NCBI GenBank assembly: GCA_038087875.1 | Contig: CM075993.1 | Coordinates: 11,906,001-11,970,000 of the forward strand | Length of the DNA: 64,000 nucleotides | From: Malacoraja senta | Taxonomy: Eukaryota | Direction of reading: 5' to 3' | Shown: piece by piece, positions 26,773 through 39,964 of the stretch | Position numbering within the stretch: position 1 is the stretch's first letter | Layout of the letters: every line of letters starts with the position of its first letter | Translations under genes and position numbers: made by a program | Notes under the pieces: generated by a model | Databases searched by the model: none | Told to the model about the DNA's origin: nothing | What the model saw: only the letters and a program-made list of their open reading frames with translations

Positions 26773-26887
26773 ATGTGTTACATGTTAGTTGAATTAGTTA
26801 GATTTATACAGCCATTGTTGAAAATGAAACTGGAATGTCACTAATATTATTGATTGCAACTAACCAAAATGTATTTTCTTATTGCAG

Positions 26888-27158
26888 TTAGTTTAGTTTG
26901 GAGATACAGCATGGAAACAGGCCCTTCGACCCACCAGGTCCCCTCCGACCAGCGATCCCTGCACATTAACACCATCCTACACCGACTAGGGACAATTTTT
27001 ACATTTACTAAGCCAATTAACTTACAAACCTGTACGTCTGTGGAGTGTGGCAGGAAACCGAAGATCTCGGTGAAAACCCACGCGGTCACGGGGAGAACAT
27101 ACAAACTACGTACAGACAGCACCCATAGGCGGGATAAATCCCGGGTCTCCGGCGCTGC
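26888..27158 (-). mobile_element. V-SINE (HE1-like)
   Basis: reverse complement of the same family. Confidence 0.8.
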
Positions 27159-27193
27159 ATGTATGAAAATGATTATAAAGCATAAAACCTTAC

Positions 27194-27273
27194 CTTGATG
27201 TACTGCACTTTGAGAAGGTCTGATCCAGGTTTGTCTGAAGAACTGATCAAATTGAGTGGTTTATTATTTGAAT
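27194..27273 (-). CDS. VPS13C: VPS13C exon 11 (80 nt; SNNKPLNLISSSDKPGSDLLKVQYIK)
   Basis: ttgcag acceptor, gtaagg donor, phase 1-0; matches the recalled VPS13C ISSSDKPGxDLLKVxYIK motif. Confidence 0.9.
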
Positions 27274-27404
27274 CTGCAACAAATTCAATAGTAGCAGGCA
27301 TTACTTTGAGAATATATGGCTACATTTCAAATGTGAATGTACTTTTAAATGACAAGAAAAGCAAATTTATTCAGTATCTCATAACATGGTTAAAAATATG
27401 ACAA

Positions 27405-27670
27405 GGGTGGCACGGTGGCGCAGCGGTAGAGTTGCTGCCTTACAGCACCGGAGACCCGGGTTCAATCCTGACTACTGTATGAAGTTTGTACATTCTCCAC
27501 GTGGCCACTCCAAAGACGTACAGGTTTGTAAGTTAATTGGGTTGGGTTTGTATACCTGGTATTAGTGTAAATTGTCCCTAATGTGTGTAGGCTTAATGTG
27601 CGGTGATCGCTGGTCGGAACAGACTCGGCGTGCCGAAGGGCCTGTTTCCGGGCTGTATCTCTAAGCTAAA
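27405..27670 (+). mobile_element. V-SINE (HE1-like)
   Basis: same family, internal deletion. Confidence 0.8.
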
Positions 27671-27952
27671 CGTTCTTTTTTAATAGTCCAACTTTTTTTA
27701 ACAACTGCACATCAAATGAACATTGACATTTCAACAAGGTTTGCGTAGGCAAGGCAGTGAATGAGACGGACTTAACATGGGCAAGTGGGATTAGTGTAGC
27801 GAGACAAAAAGGTCGGCATGGACTTAGTGTACAATTTCATAACTATGACTTATGGACCTGGGAGTCATTGAGTAATGTTTGTTATTTCTTCAGCCACAGT
27901 TAGTTAAGCTAGCTAAGACATCACATGCATAATATTATGTTCGCTGAGAAGG

Positions 27953-28250
27953 AGAGATATGGCATGGAAACAGGCCCTTCGGCCCATGAGTTTGCGGCAA
28001 CACGAGTTTGCGATCACCCCACACACTGGCACTATCGTACACACTAGAGAAAATCACAATTTACAGAAGCCAATTAACCTACAGATCTCTACATCTTGGA
28101 GTGTGGGTGGAAACCCAAGCACCTGGAGAAAACCCCGCGGTCACATGGAGAACGTGCAAACTCCATACAGACAGCACCCGTAGTCAGGATCGAACCTTGG
28201 TTTCTGGTGCTGAAAGGCTGAGGCTCTACCGTTGCGCCACTGTGCCGCCC
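27953..28250 (-). mobile_element. V-SINE (HE1-like)
   Basis: reverse complement of the same family. Confidence 0.75.
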
Positions 28251-29211
28251 TGGAGCAGCGTGTTAGAATGGAGAAGCTGGGGAGAATGGTGCAGCCAAAC
28301 AAAGAGCCAGAGCTTCCACTACATCCAACAGGAAAATATAAGAGAGTTTCCAGAATCCCAGCAGCCTGTCAACATAAGGAGTAGATGTGGCAAGTTGCCA
28401 GCATTGCACCAGACTCTCCGTGCCAGCCAGGACACAGCCTTGAGCCGCACAGCTCAGTGCCCAGCAGATACACAGCTTGGTCCAACCAGGCCCTCACAGG
28501 CATCCTCTCCACTTCAACCTGGGGGAGGGTTTACTGCTGGGCAAGCACCAGACAACAGGGATAAGCACCAGGTTCATGGGACAAGAGTGGGAAAGGCGAG
28601 GATTTGAGCCAGGACCTTAACACGGCAGCACATTACCCGAGTACAATCCCTTTTCCCAAAGTACAAGGGACTGAACATCTGTCTGTGAGCAAGAGCACAA
28701 TAATAGAAACATAGAAATAGGTGTAGGAGTAGGCCATTCGGCCCATCGAGCCAGCACCGCCATTAATATGATCATGGCTGATCATCCAGAATCAGTACCC
28801 CGTTCCTGCTTTCTCCCCATATCCCTTGATTCCATTAGATAGGGTAAATGCACAAAGTCTCCTTTCCAGAGTTGTGGTAACCAAGAACTGTAAGCTCTAT
28901 GTTTAAAGTGGGATGGGGAAATATTTAATGGGATTATAATAATAATAATATCTTTTATTGTCATTGTACATAAGTGCAACGAGATTTGGGTATGCAGCTT
29001 CCATCCGATGTCATAACTTAAATAAGGGGGAAACTAGGGTGATACATATATGGGACGAGCTGCCAGGGGAAGTAGTTGAGCCAGGCACAATAGCAACATA
29101 TAAAAGACATTTGAACAGGTACTTGGACAAAAAGGTTTAGAGAGATAAGGGTCAATCATGGGTACGTGGGTGCACCATAGATTGGGAAATCAGTTGGGGT
29201 GGATGAGTTTG

Positions 29212-29510
29212 GCAGGTGGGGCAGTGGTAGAGTTGCTGCCTTACAGCGGATGCAATGCCGGAGACCCGGGTTCCATCCCAACTACAGGCGCTATCTATAT
29301 GGAGTTTGTACATTCTCCACGTAGGTTTTCTCCAGGTGCTCTGGTTTCCACCCACACTCCAAAGACGTACAGACTTGTAGGTTAATTGGCTTGGTAAATG
29401 TAAATTATCCATAGTGTGTGTAGGATAGTGTTAGTGTGCGGGGATCGCTGGTCGGCACGGACCCGGTGGGCTGAAGGGCCTGTTTCCGCGTTGTATCTAT
29501 AAACTAAACT
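29212..29510 (+). mobile_element. V-SINE (HE1-like)
   Basis: same family. Confidence 0.85.
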
Positions 29511-30965
29511 ATAGGGTCTGTTTCCATGCTGTATGACTATAATACTATTATGACTATTAACCATATTATATTATATGGTTATATGGTTAATACTGCTGCT
29601 AGGAAACCATACTTTATCCCTTGTACTCAACCTGGAAAGTTCACAGCTCCATATACAAAACACAGTTCCACACAAAATTTAATATTTATAATGAACCAAA
29701 AATTATGACACGTTGTTCAATTATGGTGTAAAGTAAACAGGCCTTTGAGCCAAGGTTTACAGTGGAGTTGGTTATTTCCACAGTTTAAAAAAATCATGTC
29801 AACTGGGCATCAGCAAGACTGCAGGTTCAATTCAAAATGAGGATAATTGGATATACTTGTGCTAATGTACCTGAATTAATATAGGGTGGTGAACATAAAC
29901 TGGTAGCAACATAAAATTGTATCACATTTTAATACATTGTAATACATGGTTGATTGAACTACAATACCAGTAAAATTCATTCACAGCCAGAAGATAATAC
30001 AAAGCAACTGTCATGAATATCTTAGTGAATTCAGGCGTGAAAAAAATTGGATGAGCGAGAATATGGAATGATTAAGATGAATATCACATGGATTTAAGAG
30101 TAAAGGAGAGAACTCTGGATATTAAAGGAATCCAGGCATATAGGGGTATTGGTGGAAAATGGCAGGGAGGCAGAGGATTAGACATTACCTTGACACAGTA
30201 GGCTTTTGAGGCCGGTTGACCTACACTTGCATCAAAATCTTGTTTATGCCGTTTAAACCTAAAGGCTTTCAGAAAATATTACAGACTATAGGGAACTGTT
30301 ATTAAAGAAAAGACAATGAACCTTGTTTGATTATATAATGTAGCGGTGGGTGAAGCGAAGTTGCATGTATGCAAGCTGGGGAAACATTAACATCAGAAGC
30401 AACCTGCACACTGCTGACACTGGTGCAAGCAGAGCAAGGCCAATTGGTACTTGAAGAGCAACAAGGTTCATAAGATCAAGTGATAGGAGCAGAATTATGC
30501 CATTCAGCCCATCAAGTCTACTTCGTCATTCAATCATGGCTGATCTATCTTTCCCTCTCAACCCCATTCTACTGCCTTCTCCCCATAACCCGACAACTGT
30601 CCTAATCAAGAATCTACCAATCTCTGCCTTAAAACTATCCTTTGACTTGGCCTCCACAGCCATCTGTGGTAATGAATTCCATAGATTCACCACCCCCTGA
30701 CTAAAAAAAAATCCTCCTCATCTCCTTCCTAATTGTACGTCCTTTTATTCTGAGCCTACTGCCTCTGGTCCTAGACTCTCCCACTGGGGGAAACATCCTC
30801 TCCACATCTATTCTACCCAAGCCTTTCACCATTCGATATTGATGATTCAAAATAGCCGAATGGTAAGATGCCAAGGTTAACATATCAAATCGTCTTGACT
30901 TGTGCAAGACCTTTTCTTGCCTCCAGTTTAAATTTTCTTTTGATCTTGTTAGAAATTTATCTTAC

Positions 30966-31122
30966 CTGAAAATTCACAGCAGTTCAAACCAATTTTCTTC
31001 AAGTAAGCTGTTGCACTCAAATCATGGTTTCTCATTTTGGTTTCTGTTCCCAACTGAACCACATGAAACACGAGAAATGGATTCTTTGCCTTGTTCATTA
31101 TTTTTCTTAATTCTACTGTGAC
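30966..31122 (-). CDS. VPS13C: VPS13C exon 10 (157 nt; VTVELRK...VVQLGTETKMRNHDLSATAYLKKIGLNCCEFS)
   Basis: tttcag acceptor, gtaaga donor, phase 0-1. Confidence 0.9.
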
Positions 31123-31250
31123 CTGAAATAACAGCAGAATATAATTATTTGTCTCAACAGTAACACTCTTAATGTTTTAAATGACCTCCCCAACAACTCC
31201 CACTAACATCTACAGATGCGGCATAGAAAGTATGTTATCAGGAAGCATAA

Positions 31251-31848
31251 TGGGCCTGTCCCACTTAGGAGACTTTTTAGGCGACCGCAGGAGTCTATGC
31301 AGTCGCCACATGGTCGCCATATGTTCGTGGGTGGTTGCCGGGAGGTCGCTTTCATGGTCGTGAGGAGTTCCCGCATTCTGGGAACTGGTCGCGGCCTCAT
31401 GTTGAAAAATTAGCAGCAACTAGAATGAAGTCGCCATGGAAAGTAGCGAGAATTCTTGTGCCCGAGGTGGGTCGCCAGGAGGTCGAAGGTTCTCTTGGGT
31501 TCTTGTAGGTTGCAGCCGGTGTTGACCGGTGAATATCATTGGCTCATTGTGGAAAAAAAGGTAAGCAGTAGTTTTCAGAACCAAGGATAACCGACCGGTA
31601 ATGTTAAATGTCCGCCGAGCTTCACAGCCGTGTATCTCTGACTTCTTAAAAGTTGTCTAGCTTCTTAAAAGTTGTCTCCACTCCTTCTCCCTCCTTCTCA
31701 CCCTCTTTTTAAGGACTTACCGTACACTGTGCTTAAGCCAACCTTCCTGTTCATCGCGTTGTGTGTCTGTATCACCATGGCTTTGTACTGTGTGAATTTC
31801 AGAGAGCGCTCCCCCCACTTGCCCTGTCCCCCGCCTGTGGTGTGTGTG

Positions 31849-31896
<48 letters not shown>

Positions 31897-32001
31897 CCAC
31901 TCTGACAGTCGCCGTTCCAGTTGCCGGTTTTTCATGCGACTGCCGGCAACTTGACAGTCGCCAGCAGTCGCCTAAAAAAACGCCTAAGTGGCACAGGCCC
32001 A
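31251..32001. mobile_element. PIF/Harbinger-type MITE with internal (TG)n
   Basis: TIRs TGGGCCTGTCCCACTTAGG...; TAA TSD; interrupts a Rex1-like fragment. Confidence 0.85.
31837..31894 (+). repeat. (TG)n microsatellite
   Basis: seen directly. Confidence 0.95.
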
Positions 32002-32499
32002 TAACTGTATGGTTTGAGTCTGAAGAAGTGTCTGGACCCGTAACGTCACCCATTCCTTCTCTCCAGAAATGCTGCCTGTCTCGCTGAATTACTCCAGCAT
32101 TTTGTGTCTACCTTTGGTTTGCGAACAGCTCCATCCAAGACCGCAAGAAATTGCAGAGAATTGTGGACATAACCCAGACCATCGCACAAACCAACCTCCC
32201 TTCCACTGACTCCTTTTATTCTGCCTCGGCAAGGCCACCAGTATAATCAAGGACAGGTCTTACCCCAGTCACTCCTTCTTCTCCACTCTCCCAGTGGGCA
32301 AAAGGTATAGAAGTGTGAGAAGGCACACCTCCAGATTCAGGGCCAGTTTCATCCCAGGTGTTATCAGGCAACTGAACCATTTTATCAGCAACTAGAGAAT
32401 TGTCCTGAGCTACTATCTTAGTCATTGGAGACCCTTGGACCATCTTTAATCAGACTTTACTGAACTTTATCTTGCACTAATTGTTATTCACTTTATTAT

Positions 32500-32920
32500 G
32501 GGCAGTGAGCAGGTGCTATAGACCTGCATGGGAAGGTAGGCGTTTTTCACCCCCACGAGTCTGGGGCAGATGGGGCTCGTCAGCTTGGGAAGGCAGTCCA
32601 TCTCGGAGAGGGAAAACTCTGATTTAAAACCTCCACTGCCTTGTGGCCATATCCAATCATGGAAAAGGCTCCAGGAGTAAACCTCAAGAAAATCCGGAGT
32701 CGGAGCCCCTAAGGCAGTTCGTCATTGTCTACAACCTCGCTCTGGCAGCTCCTACGACGGCGCTGGTGCCAAACTGTAACGGCCCTGCTGTTCCTTTGGA
32801 TTGTTCAGCGACGTGGAGAGGGGGGGATGTGCTGCATGGGCAACAGCCTGTCCTCCATATGACATCGCCCAGGCTAGGATGCATCACCCATGTTCAGTCA
32901 TGACCGAAGGGGGCCTACTA
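32500..32920 (+). mobile_element. Non-autonomous RTE-derived short element, copy 1
   Basis: RTE 5'UTR-like motif ggagagggaaaactctgatttaaaacc; TATTATG duplicated at the flanks; second copy at 34795-35225. Confidence 0.6.
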
Positions 32921-33621
32921 TTATGTATCTGAACACTGCGGATGGCTCGATTATAATCATGTATAGTCTTTCTCTGACTGGTTAGCACACAACTAAAGCT
33001 TTACACTGTACCTCGGTATACATTACAATAAACTAAATTAAATCTATATTAACATTCTGTGTCTGATTAATAAGTGGAATTAAATCAATAGTTGGTCCTA
33101 TTTAGAAAATTACTCTTTATAGACCATGTTCTACTTTTCCCACTATGGGATTACACTGTGACAGTACCAATCAATGAAAAGTCTTGTTGGGTCTAGATAT
33201 TACTGATAATGTTAATGTCAATAATGGCAGTAAATCACAACTAAATGATTTGTTTAAATGAGATAAAAGGTTCAAAATGAAGCTTAATACATGTGTCTAA
33301 CGTTATAAAATTGATGAGGAACGCTAATGTTTCACATGGAACCTTCACTGGATACTTAAATCCCTACACCAGGCTACCCTGACAACCGCCCATTGTAGAA
33401 CATAGTTATGCAACGTGGGGTTGCCACAGTGTGCAGTGTTGCTGAAGGCACCATCTTTATCCCAATGCCATGTTGTTTTGGATAGATGTTTTGTATAGTT
33501 TAGTTTAAAGATACAGCGCGGAAACAGGCCCTACGGCCCACCGAGTCCGTGCCGACCAGTGATTACTGTACACTAGCACTATCCTACACACACTAGGGAC
33601 AATTTACATTTACACCAAGCC

Positions 33622-33863
33622 AGACACAAAATGCTGGAGTAACTCAGCGGGTCAAGCAGCATCTCTGGAGAGAAGGAATGGGTGACGTTTTGGGTCGAGA
33701 CCCTTCTTCAGACTGATGTCAACCTGACTCTCAGTCTGAAGAAGGGTCTCGACCTGAAACGTCACCCATTCCTTCCCTCCAGAAATGCTGCCTGACCCGC
33801 TGAGTTACTCCAGCATTTTGTGTGTACCTCCGATTTAAACCAGCATCTGCAGTTCTTTCCTAC
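33622..33863. mobile_element. Palindromic Penelope terminal-repeat insertion inside a V-SINE
   Basis: inverted arms; 16-bp TSD ACATTTA(C/T)ACCAAGCC at 33606-33621 / 33864-33879. Confidence 0.85.
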
Positions 33864-34342
33864 ACATTTATACCAAGCCAATTCACCTACTAACCTGTAT
33901 GTCTTTGGTTGTTCAAAGCCTGAGTGCAATTCCAAAGAAAAACACATTTGCTTGACGTCTTGGTCAACGTCTCATCAAATAAACTGATCAGGCAAGCATC
34001 TAAATACCTGCTTGTGCTATCTTGCTATGGTTGAATTTGCCTGCTCACCATAGAATGACACAAGTGTTTTACAGTAAACAAAATCAATTTTGAAGTGTTG
34101 TCACTGTTGCACAAATTTAACAGTGCTCCAAAAAGCTAATGAGATCATCTGTGCTACGGGTACTTGAGATTAAATAATGGCCAGGACATCATCAAACGTC
34201 TTCTCCTCTTCAACTGCCAAAATTCATCCAAGTGGGTTTACAGGCCTCAACTTAAATGTCAGAGAAAAGATGGCCCCTGTAACAGTGCCACACCCATTGC
34301 CTACTACATTGGGGAGTGGGTATAGTGCGTAGAAGCACCAAA

Positions 34343-34668
34343 CGTTGTGAATAAACGGTTTCTTTATTCAGGCATAATAGGTTAGATATACATGCACGTT
34401 TAGTCCTCTAACACAAAAGTCATTGTTGCTGCTGTGAGGCTGTTGCCTCGTGGGCTCTTGCTGAGCTCCTGCTGAGGTGGCAGGACACTCACACGAAGAG
34501 AGACGAAGAGGAAGAGAGAGAGGGAAGGTTGACCTGGAGTTCGTTATATACTGAGGCACACCCCTATACCCCGTGACAACTCCTTCCCGCCATTGCCCAG
34601 TCACATGACCCTACCCCCGACTGCCGAGGGTCACATAGCAAGTGGCCTAACCACTGGTTGCCGCAACA
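34343..34668 (-). mobile_element. LTR-like sequence
   Basis: minus strand starts TGTTG and ends CAACG; internal TATATAA and AATAAA; followed by a PBS-like TGGTG; no TSD found. Confidence 0.45.
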
Positions 34669-34794
34669 AGTGTTCATTTCTCTGGAATGATTGCACCCAT
34701 GATCAAAGCTAACATCGGTAAACATTCTGATCAACACTTCCCACTCTCCCAGCAAGCTTGCTCCAAATCATATTGTTGTTTCTGCTATAGTTTT

Positions 34795-35225
34795 TGGGCA
34801 GTGGGCAGGTGCTATAGACCTCCACGGGAAGGTAGACGCTCCCGCCCCCACGAGTCTCGGGCAGATGGGCCTCGTCAGCCTGGAAGGCAGTCCTAGGAGA
34901 GGGAAAACTCTAATTTAAAACCACCACTGCCTTGTGGCCATATCCAGTCATGGAAAAGGCTCCAGGAGTAAACCTCAAGGAAATCCGGAGTCGGAGCCCT
35001 TAAGGCAGTTCATCGTTGTCTACAACCTCACTCTGGCAGCTCCTGCGAAGGCGCTGGTGCCAAACTGTAATGGCCCTGCTGTTCCTTTGGATCGATCAGC
35101 GACGTGGAGAGGGGGGACGTGCTGCATGGGCAACAGCCTGTCCTCCATATGACATCGCCCAGGCTTGCATCCGACCAGGATGCATCACCCATGGTCAGTC
35201 ATGACCGAGAGGGAGGCCTACTACT
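34795..35225 (+). mobile_element. Non-autonomous RTE-derived short element, copy 2
   Basis: colinear with 32500-32920 end to end; (CTA)n end. Confidence 0.6.
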
Positions 35226-35581
35226 AGTTTCACCTATTGTGAATGTTGTCGAGATGATTCATATTTCCTCCCCACTATTCTCACTGCAGTATAGAAATGA
35301 AAATGTAATTAACTGACTACACAAGCAGTTTTATACAAATTACTCCACTAATTGTTGCTGTTGATCCTTTGTAATTCAGCCACTGAGTGTTCTGTTTGAC
35401 TATTATTTCCCACTGTTGCTCTTGGCTCAAAATACACATCTGGCAAAATGCCCTCTCTTCCCCCAGCTGCTCCAAGTAGAACAACTTTGAAAAACATTGG
35501 GCAGAGTTGCAGCGAATAGGCTCAATTTTGTGAAGCTTCTTTTCAAAGTTCTAACTTTAAAATTCAGAGACCACAACTCAC

Positions 35582-35724
35582 CTCTTTGATTTCAAAGTTC
35601 AGTTGAACATTGATAACGTCTGCTGCACCTCCTTTTATTATTTCCTTGAGTTGATCCGCTGCGGAGCTCCCACTTCCCACAATCTTCTCCAATTTGGTTG
35701 TCTCATTGGCATCTTTGTCTTTTT
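35582..35724 (-). CDS. VPS13C: VPS13C exon 9 (143 nt; ...DVINVQLNFEIKE)
   Basis: gtgagt donor is clear; acceptor caacag chosen because it gives the required phase 1-0; 5' boundary less certain. Confidence 0.75.
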
Positions 35725-36269
35725 CTGTTGAAGCACCAATACACAATCCATAGCAATAGCAATATTGAAGTCCATCTTATGAATACAGCAAAGATACAAC
35801 AATGGAGGACACAAAGTGCTGCAGTAACTCAGTGGGTCAGGCAGCATCTCTGGAGAACACAAATAGGCGACTTTTCGGTTCTGACAGTTCCGACCAGAAA
35901 GTCACCTATCCATGTTCTCCAGCACTTTGTGCAGTTCCTTGTTTCTACATCTAAAGATACAACGATGGTTTATTCACAAAAACAAATGTTCATTGTAATG
36001 TTTGTAATTAAAACATTTGATTTCCTTGCTCAGATGTCCAAAGCCACAATTGTCTCTCACATCAACTGAGGTTGGGGATTAAGACTCACTTGGACAAATA
36101 TATTTTCTGAAAGAAAGCAATGGAATCCTCCAAAAAACTTTAACTGTTAAATTGTAAATTAGTTGCATAAAACGTGGAAATTAATTGAATATTTTTTTTT
36201 AATATGGATCCGTGCCTGTAATTTACTAGACTTTAGGGTTAAACAGAACCATAATAGTTCTGAATAAGC

Positions 36270-37340
36270 AATAAGCAATAGACAATAGGTGCAGGAGTAG
36301 GCCATTTGGCCCTTTGAGCCAGCACCGCGCCTTTGCTGTTGCAGCCCCTAGACTGTGGAACAGCATCCCTTTTCCCATCAGAACTGCCCCCTCCATCGAC
36401 TCTTTTAAGTCAAGACTAAAGATGTATCTATACTCCCAAGCCTTTCCTGATGTCCTCTGAGTGAGGGCTACATGTATATATGTATGTAGTTTGTTTTGTT
36501 TGTGCTATTCTTATAACAAATGTAAAGCACTTTGGCCAACAAGAGTTGTTTTTTAAATATGCTATATAAATAAATGTGACTTGACCGCCATTTAATGTGA
36601 TCATGGCTGATCATCCCCAATCAGTACCCCGTTCCTGCCTTCTCCCCATATCCCCTGACCCTGCTATTTTTAAGAGCCCTATCTAGTTCTCTCTTGAAAG
36701 CATCCAGAGAACCGGCCTCCACCGCCCTCTGAGGCAGAGAATTCCACAGACTCACCACTCTCTGTGAGAAAAAGTGTTTCCTCGTCTCCGTTCTAAATGG
36801 CTTACTCCTTATTCTTAAACTGTGGCCCCTGGTTCTGGACTCCCCCAACAGGAACATGTTTCCTGCCTCTAGCGTGTCCAAGCCCTTAACAATCTTATAT
36901 GTTTCAATGAGATACCCTCTCATCCTTCTAAACTCCAGAGTGTACAAGCCCAGCTGCTCCATTCTCTCAGCATATGACAGTCCCGCCATCCCGGGAATTA
37001 ACCTTGTAAACCTACGCTGCACTCCCTCAATAGCAAGAATGTCCTTCCTCAAATTAGGGGACCAAAACTGCACACAATACTCCAGGTGTGGTCTCACTAG
37101 GGCTCTGTACAACTGTAGAAGGACCTCTTCGCTCCTATATTTGATTCCTCTTGTTACAAAGGTCAACTTGCCATTCGCTTTCTTCACTGCCTGCTGTACC
37201 TGCATGCTTACTTTCATAGACTGATGAACAAGGACCCCCAGATCCCGTTGTACTTCCCCTTTTCCCAACTTGACGTCATTTAGATAGTAATCTGCCTTCC
37301 TGTTTTTGCTACCAAACTGGATAATCTCACATTTATCTGC
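36270..37340 (-). mobile_element. CR1 3' fragment (same family as 53901-55700), with an L2 3' end nested at ~36328-36585
   Basis: ORF 36621-37268 matches 55018-55617; nested piece ends tgtaaagcactttgg...gctatataaataaa. Confidence 0.88.
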
Positions 37341-37694
37341 ATGAATTCATTGTTACTAAGACGTACATAATTCTTCAATTAAGAATGGTTAAACTGTAAA
37401 TATAATCTGCTTTGGAAATACATTGTTAAACAGGAAGGTACTGATTTTGAATAATCAGCCATGATCATATTGAATGGAAGGGCCGAATGGGCTACTGCAC
37501 CTATTTGCTATGTTTCTAACAAGAACAGCCTGATGAGGACACATCAAACTGTTCGGGCGGAGCAATAAACAGATGTGGATCATTATTATTTGTTGTGCTT
37601 CACTGGTTTTGATTCCGATTGCAAAAGGTTCAGGGTTCAGGGTTTCTTAAGCAAGTGAATGAGTATAAACAATATTATGCTAATATTTGATTAC

Positions 37695-37806
37695 GTTTTC
37701 CTTCATCCTTCAATGCTTTTGCTGAACTTGTTTTTTTGCTGCCTTCTCCGAGGTTTTGCTCAACGACCTTCATCACGACGGTTAGGTCTTCCTCACTGAG
37801 AACAAC
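37695..37806 (-). CDS. VPS13C: VPS13C exon 8 (112 nt; VVLSEEDLTVVMKVVEQNLGEG...)
   Basis: tttcag acceptor, gtaatc donor, phase 0-1; NLGE motif typical of VPS13. Confidence 0.88.
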
Positions 37807-38407
37807 CTGAAAGAGAACAGCAAGTTGAACTACAGGCTTCCAAAGGAAAGGACGTTTCAGAAATCAGACAACTCGCTCAGAATCATTTACAACAATAACT
37901 CCACTTGTGACGAATGCTCAGATTGTTTTATGTTTCCCTCCGCATATGGAAGGAAAAGTGTGATGGGGAGAACAGGTCCTCACTAAGCGCGCCTGATTTT
38001 ACGATAAATTGTCGACCGTGAAATGATATCTCCAGAGTGGGAGTCTGAAGAAGGGTCCCAACCCCAAAGGTCGTCTGTCCATCTCCCTCCACAGATGCTG
38101 CCTGTTGACTTCCCTCAGCTTGCTTGTTTTTTACCAAAGATCATAGAGCGGAGCAGCAAAATGCCACATCATTGGCTTGCATTAACCTCGTCAGTGCCAC
38201 CCCCGAGTATACTCGGGTCATGACCATTAGTGAATGGCAGTGAACAGGTTAACAAACGTTGCTATACACATCACAGGTAAACTGAAATATCAAGACTGCC
38301 ATTTGGAATGACACCATTCAAAGCACTGCTGCCTGTCTCCGACCTCACGCGGAAACCTTTGGGATGAAAATGTTATGAAAATATTCACAGAACATGCTGT
38401 CACTCAC

Positions 38408-38555
38408 ATTAATGGTCTTCAAATCTCCCTTGATTTCCACACTTGGGATGTTGTGATACCAGTCTGCTGCCAAATTCCTTTGTACAATGAGCTGCAGGTT
38501 GATGGGCTGCAGTATCTCAATGTCGGCCTGAGCTGGACTGGTCTGCAGCACGGTC
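38408..38555 (-). CDS. VPS13C: VPS13C exon 7 (148 nt; TVLQTSPAQADIEILQPINLQLIVQRNLAADWYHNIPSVEIKGDLKTIN)
   Basis: tgtcag acceptor, gtgagt donor, phase 2-0; RNLAAxWY motif. Confidence 0.92.
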
Positions 38556-38804
38556 CTGACAAGATAAATTCCCATCAATAAAAACGTTCTGTATGCAATC
38601 ACGCCACTTTAAAGAAGTTCATTGCCTTTCACATCATTAATAATATCTTAATTTAACGTCCAGAATGAATGATCTACCAACCGACAGGTTGAAGATGGCT
38701 GGACCAGTGGCGTCATCGGGCAACTGGACATCTGTCCAGTCATCAGCCATGCCGGCCCCTCACTACACCAAGCTGCTGGGGCAGGGCAATCTGCTGAGCT
38801 TTGT

Positions 38805-39312
38805 CATAGAGGGAGTACAGAGAAGGTTCACCAGACTTATTCCTGGGATGGCAGGACTTTTATATGGAGAAAGACTGGATAGACTCGGCTTGTACTCGCT
38901 AGAATTTAGAAGATTGAGGGGGGATCTTATAGAAACTTACAGAATTCTTAAGGGGTTGGACAGGCTAGATGCAGGAAGATTGTTCCCGATGTTGGGGAAG
39001 TCCAGAACAAGGGGTCACAGTTTAAGGATAAGGGGGAAGTCTTTTAGGACCGAGATGAGAAAAATAAATTTCACACAGAGAAGTGAATCTGTGGAATTCT
39101 CTGCCACAGAAAGTAGTTGAGGCCAGTTCATTGGCTATATTTAAGAGGGAGTTAGATGTGGCCCTTGTGGTTAAAGGGATCAGGGGGTATGGAGAGAAGG
39201 CAGGTACAGGATACTGAGTTGGATGATCAGCCATGATCATACTGAATGGCGGTGCAGGCTCGAAGGGCCGAATGGCCTACTTCTGCACCTATTTTCTATG
39301 TTTCTATGTTTC
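38805..39312 (+). mobile_element. CR1 3' fragment
   Basis: IEGVQRRFTRLIPG...; (TTTCTATG)n tail. Confidence 0.85.
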
Positions 39313-39964
39313 TATCTCCTGCAAGGGTGTAAGGGGTTATGCAGTAAGGGTGCCATGGGTTATGGGACGAATGCAGGAGAATCGGGTTGAGAAGGAAAGA
39401 TAGATCAGCCATGATTGAATGGCGGAGTAGACTTGATGGGCTGAATGGCCCAATTCTGCTCTGACAACTCATGACTTTTGTCAGCAATCCAGACTCTAGC
39501 AAATTCCTTAGCAAACCTGTGTTGCCGTGTGGGGGAAGGCATCCAAACAAGTGGGTGTGGAGACTTCCAGCTGAGGGGAGCCTCTGCATCAGTCTTGGGC
39601 TTGGGCACTGGGGACAGGGTGGTTGATGCCAACTTGCACGCTACAACTAGCAGAATAGCAGTCAAGTCAACATCGCCCCCCTACTTAACAGCAAACATCG
39701 GTGAAGAATGTTTCACAATCATATCCTCTAGTGTTATAGCCCTATATATCTTGGCTCAGACGATCAAAAACCCACACATACCATTTATCATACATTATTT
39801 CCAAATTATATTTTGGCACCGCTGTAGATTATTTACTAAATTTGCCTAATAATGTGCAGCATTCCCTTTCTAAAGAGTGTAGAGAAGATTTACAAGGATT
39901 TGCCAGGACCCGAGGGCTTGAGTTATAGGGTGAGGTTGAGCAGGGTAGGACTTTATTGCTAGGA

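Larger units (their letters stand above)
31180..33040 (+). mobile_element. Rex1/Babar-like LINE 3' fragment split by three younger insertions
   Basis: TNIYRCGIES.LSG.I...QDRKKLQRIVD; similar to 61350-61622. Confidence 0.65.

Noticed and set aside
27405..27475. tRNA genes
   Set aside because: tRNA-like A/B boxes are the heads of SINEs and run into SINE bodies; no complete cloverleaf
34795..34880. HDV-like ribozyme at the 5' end of the RTE-derived element
   Set aside because: An ACCTCCACG loop-like motif is present, but I could not build consistent P1/P2 pairings by eye
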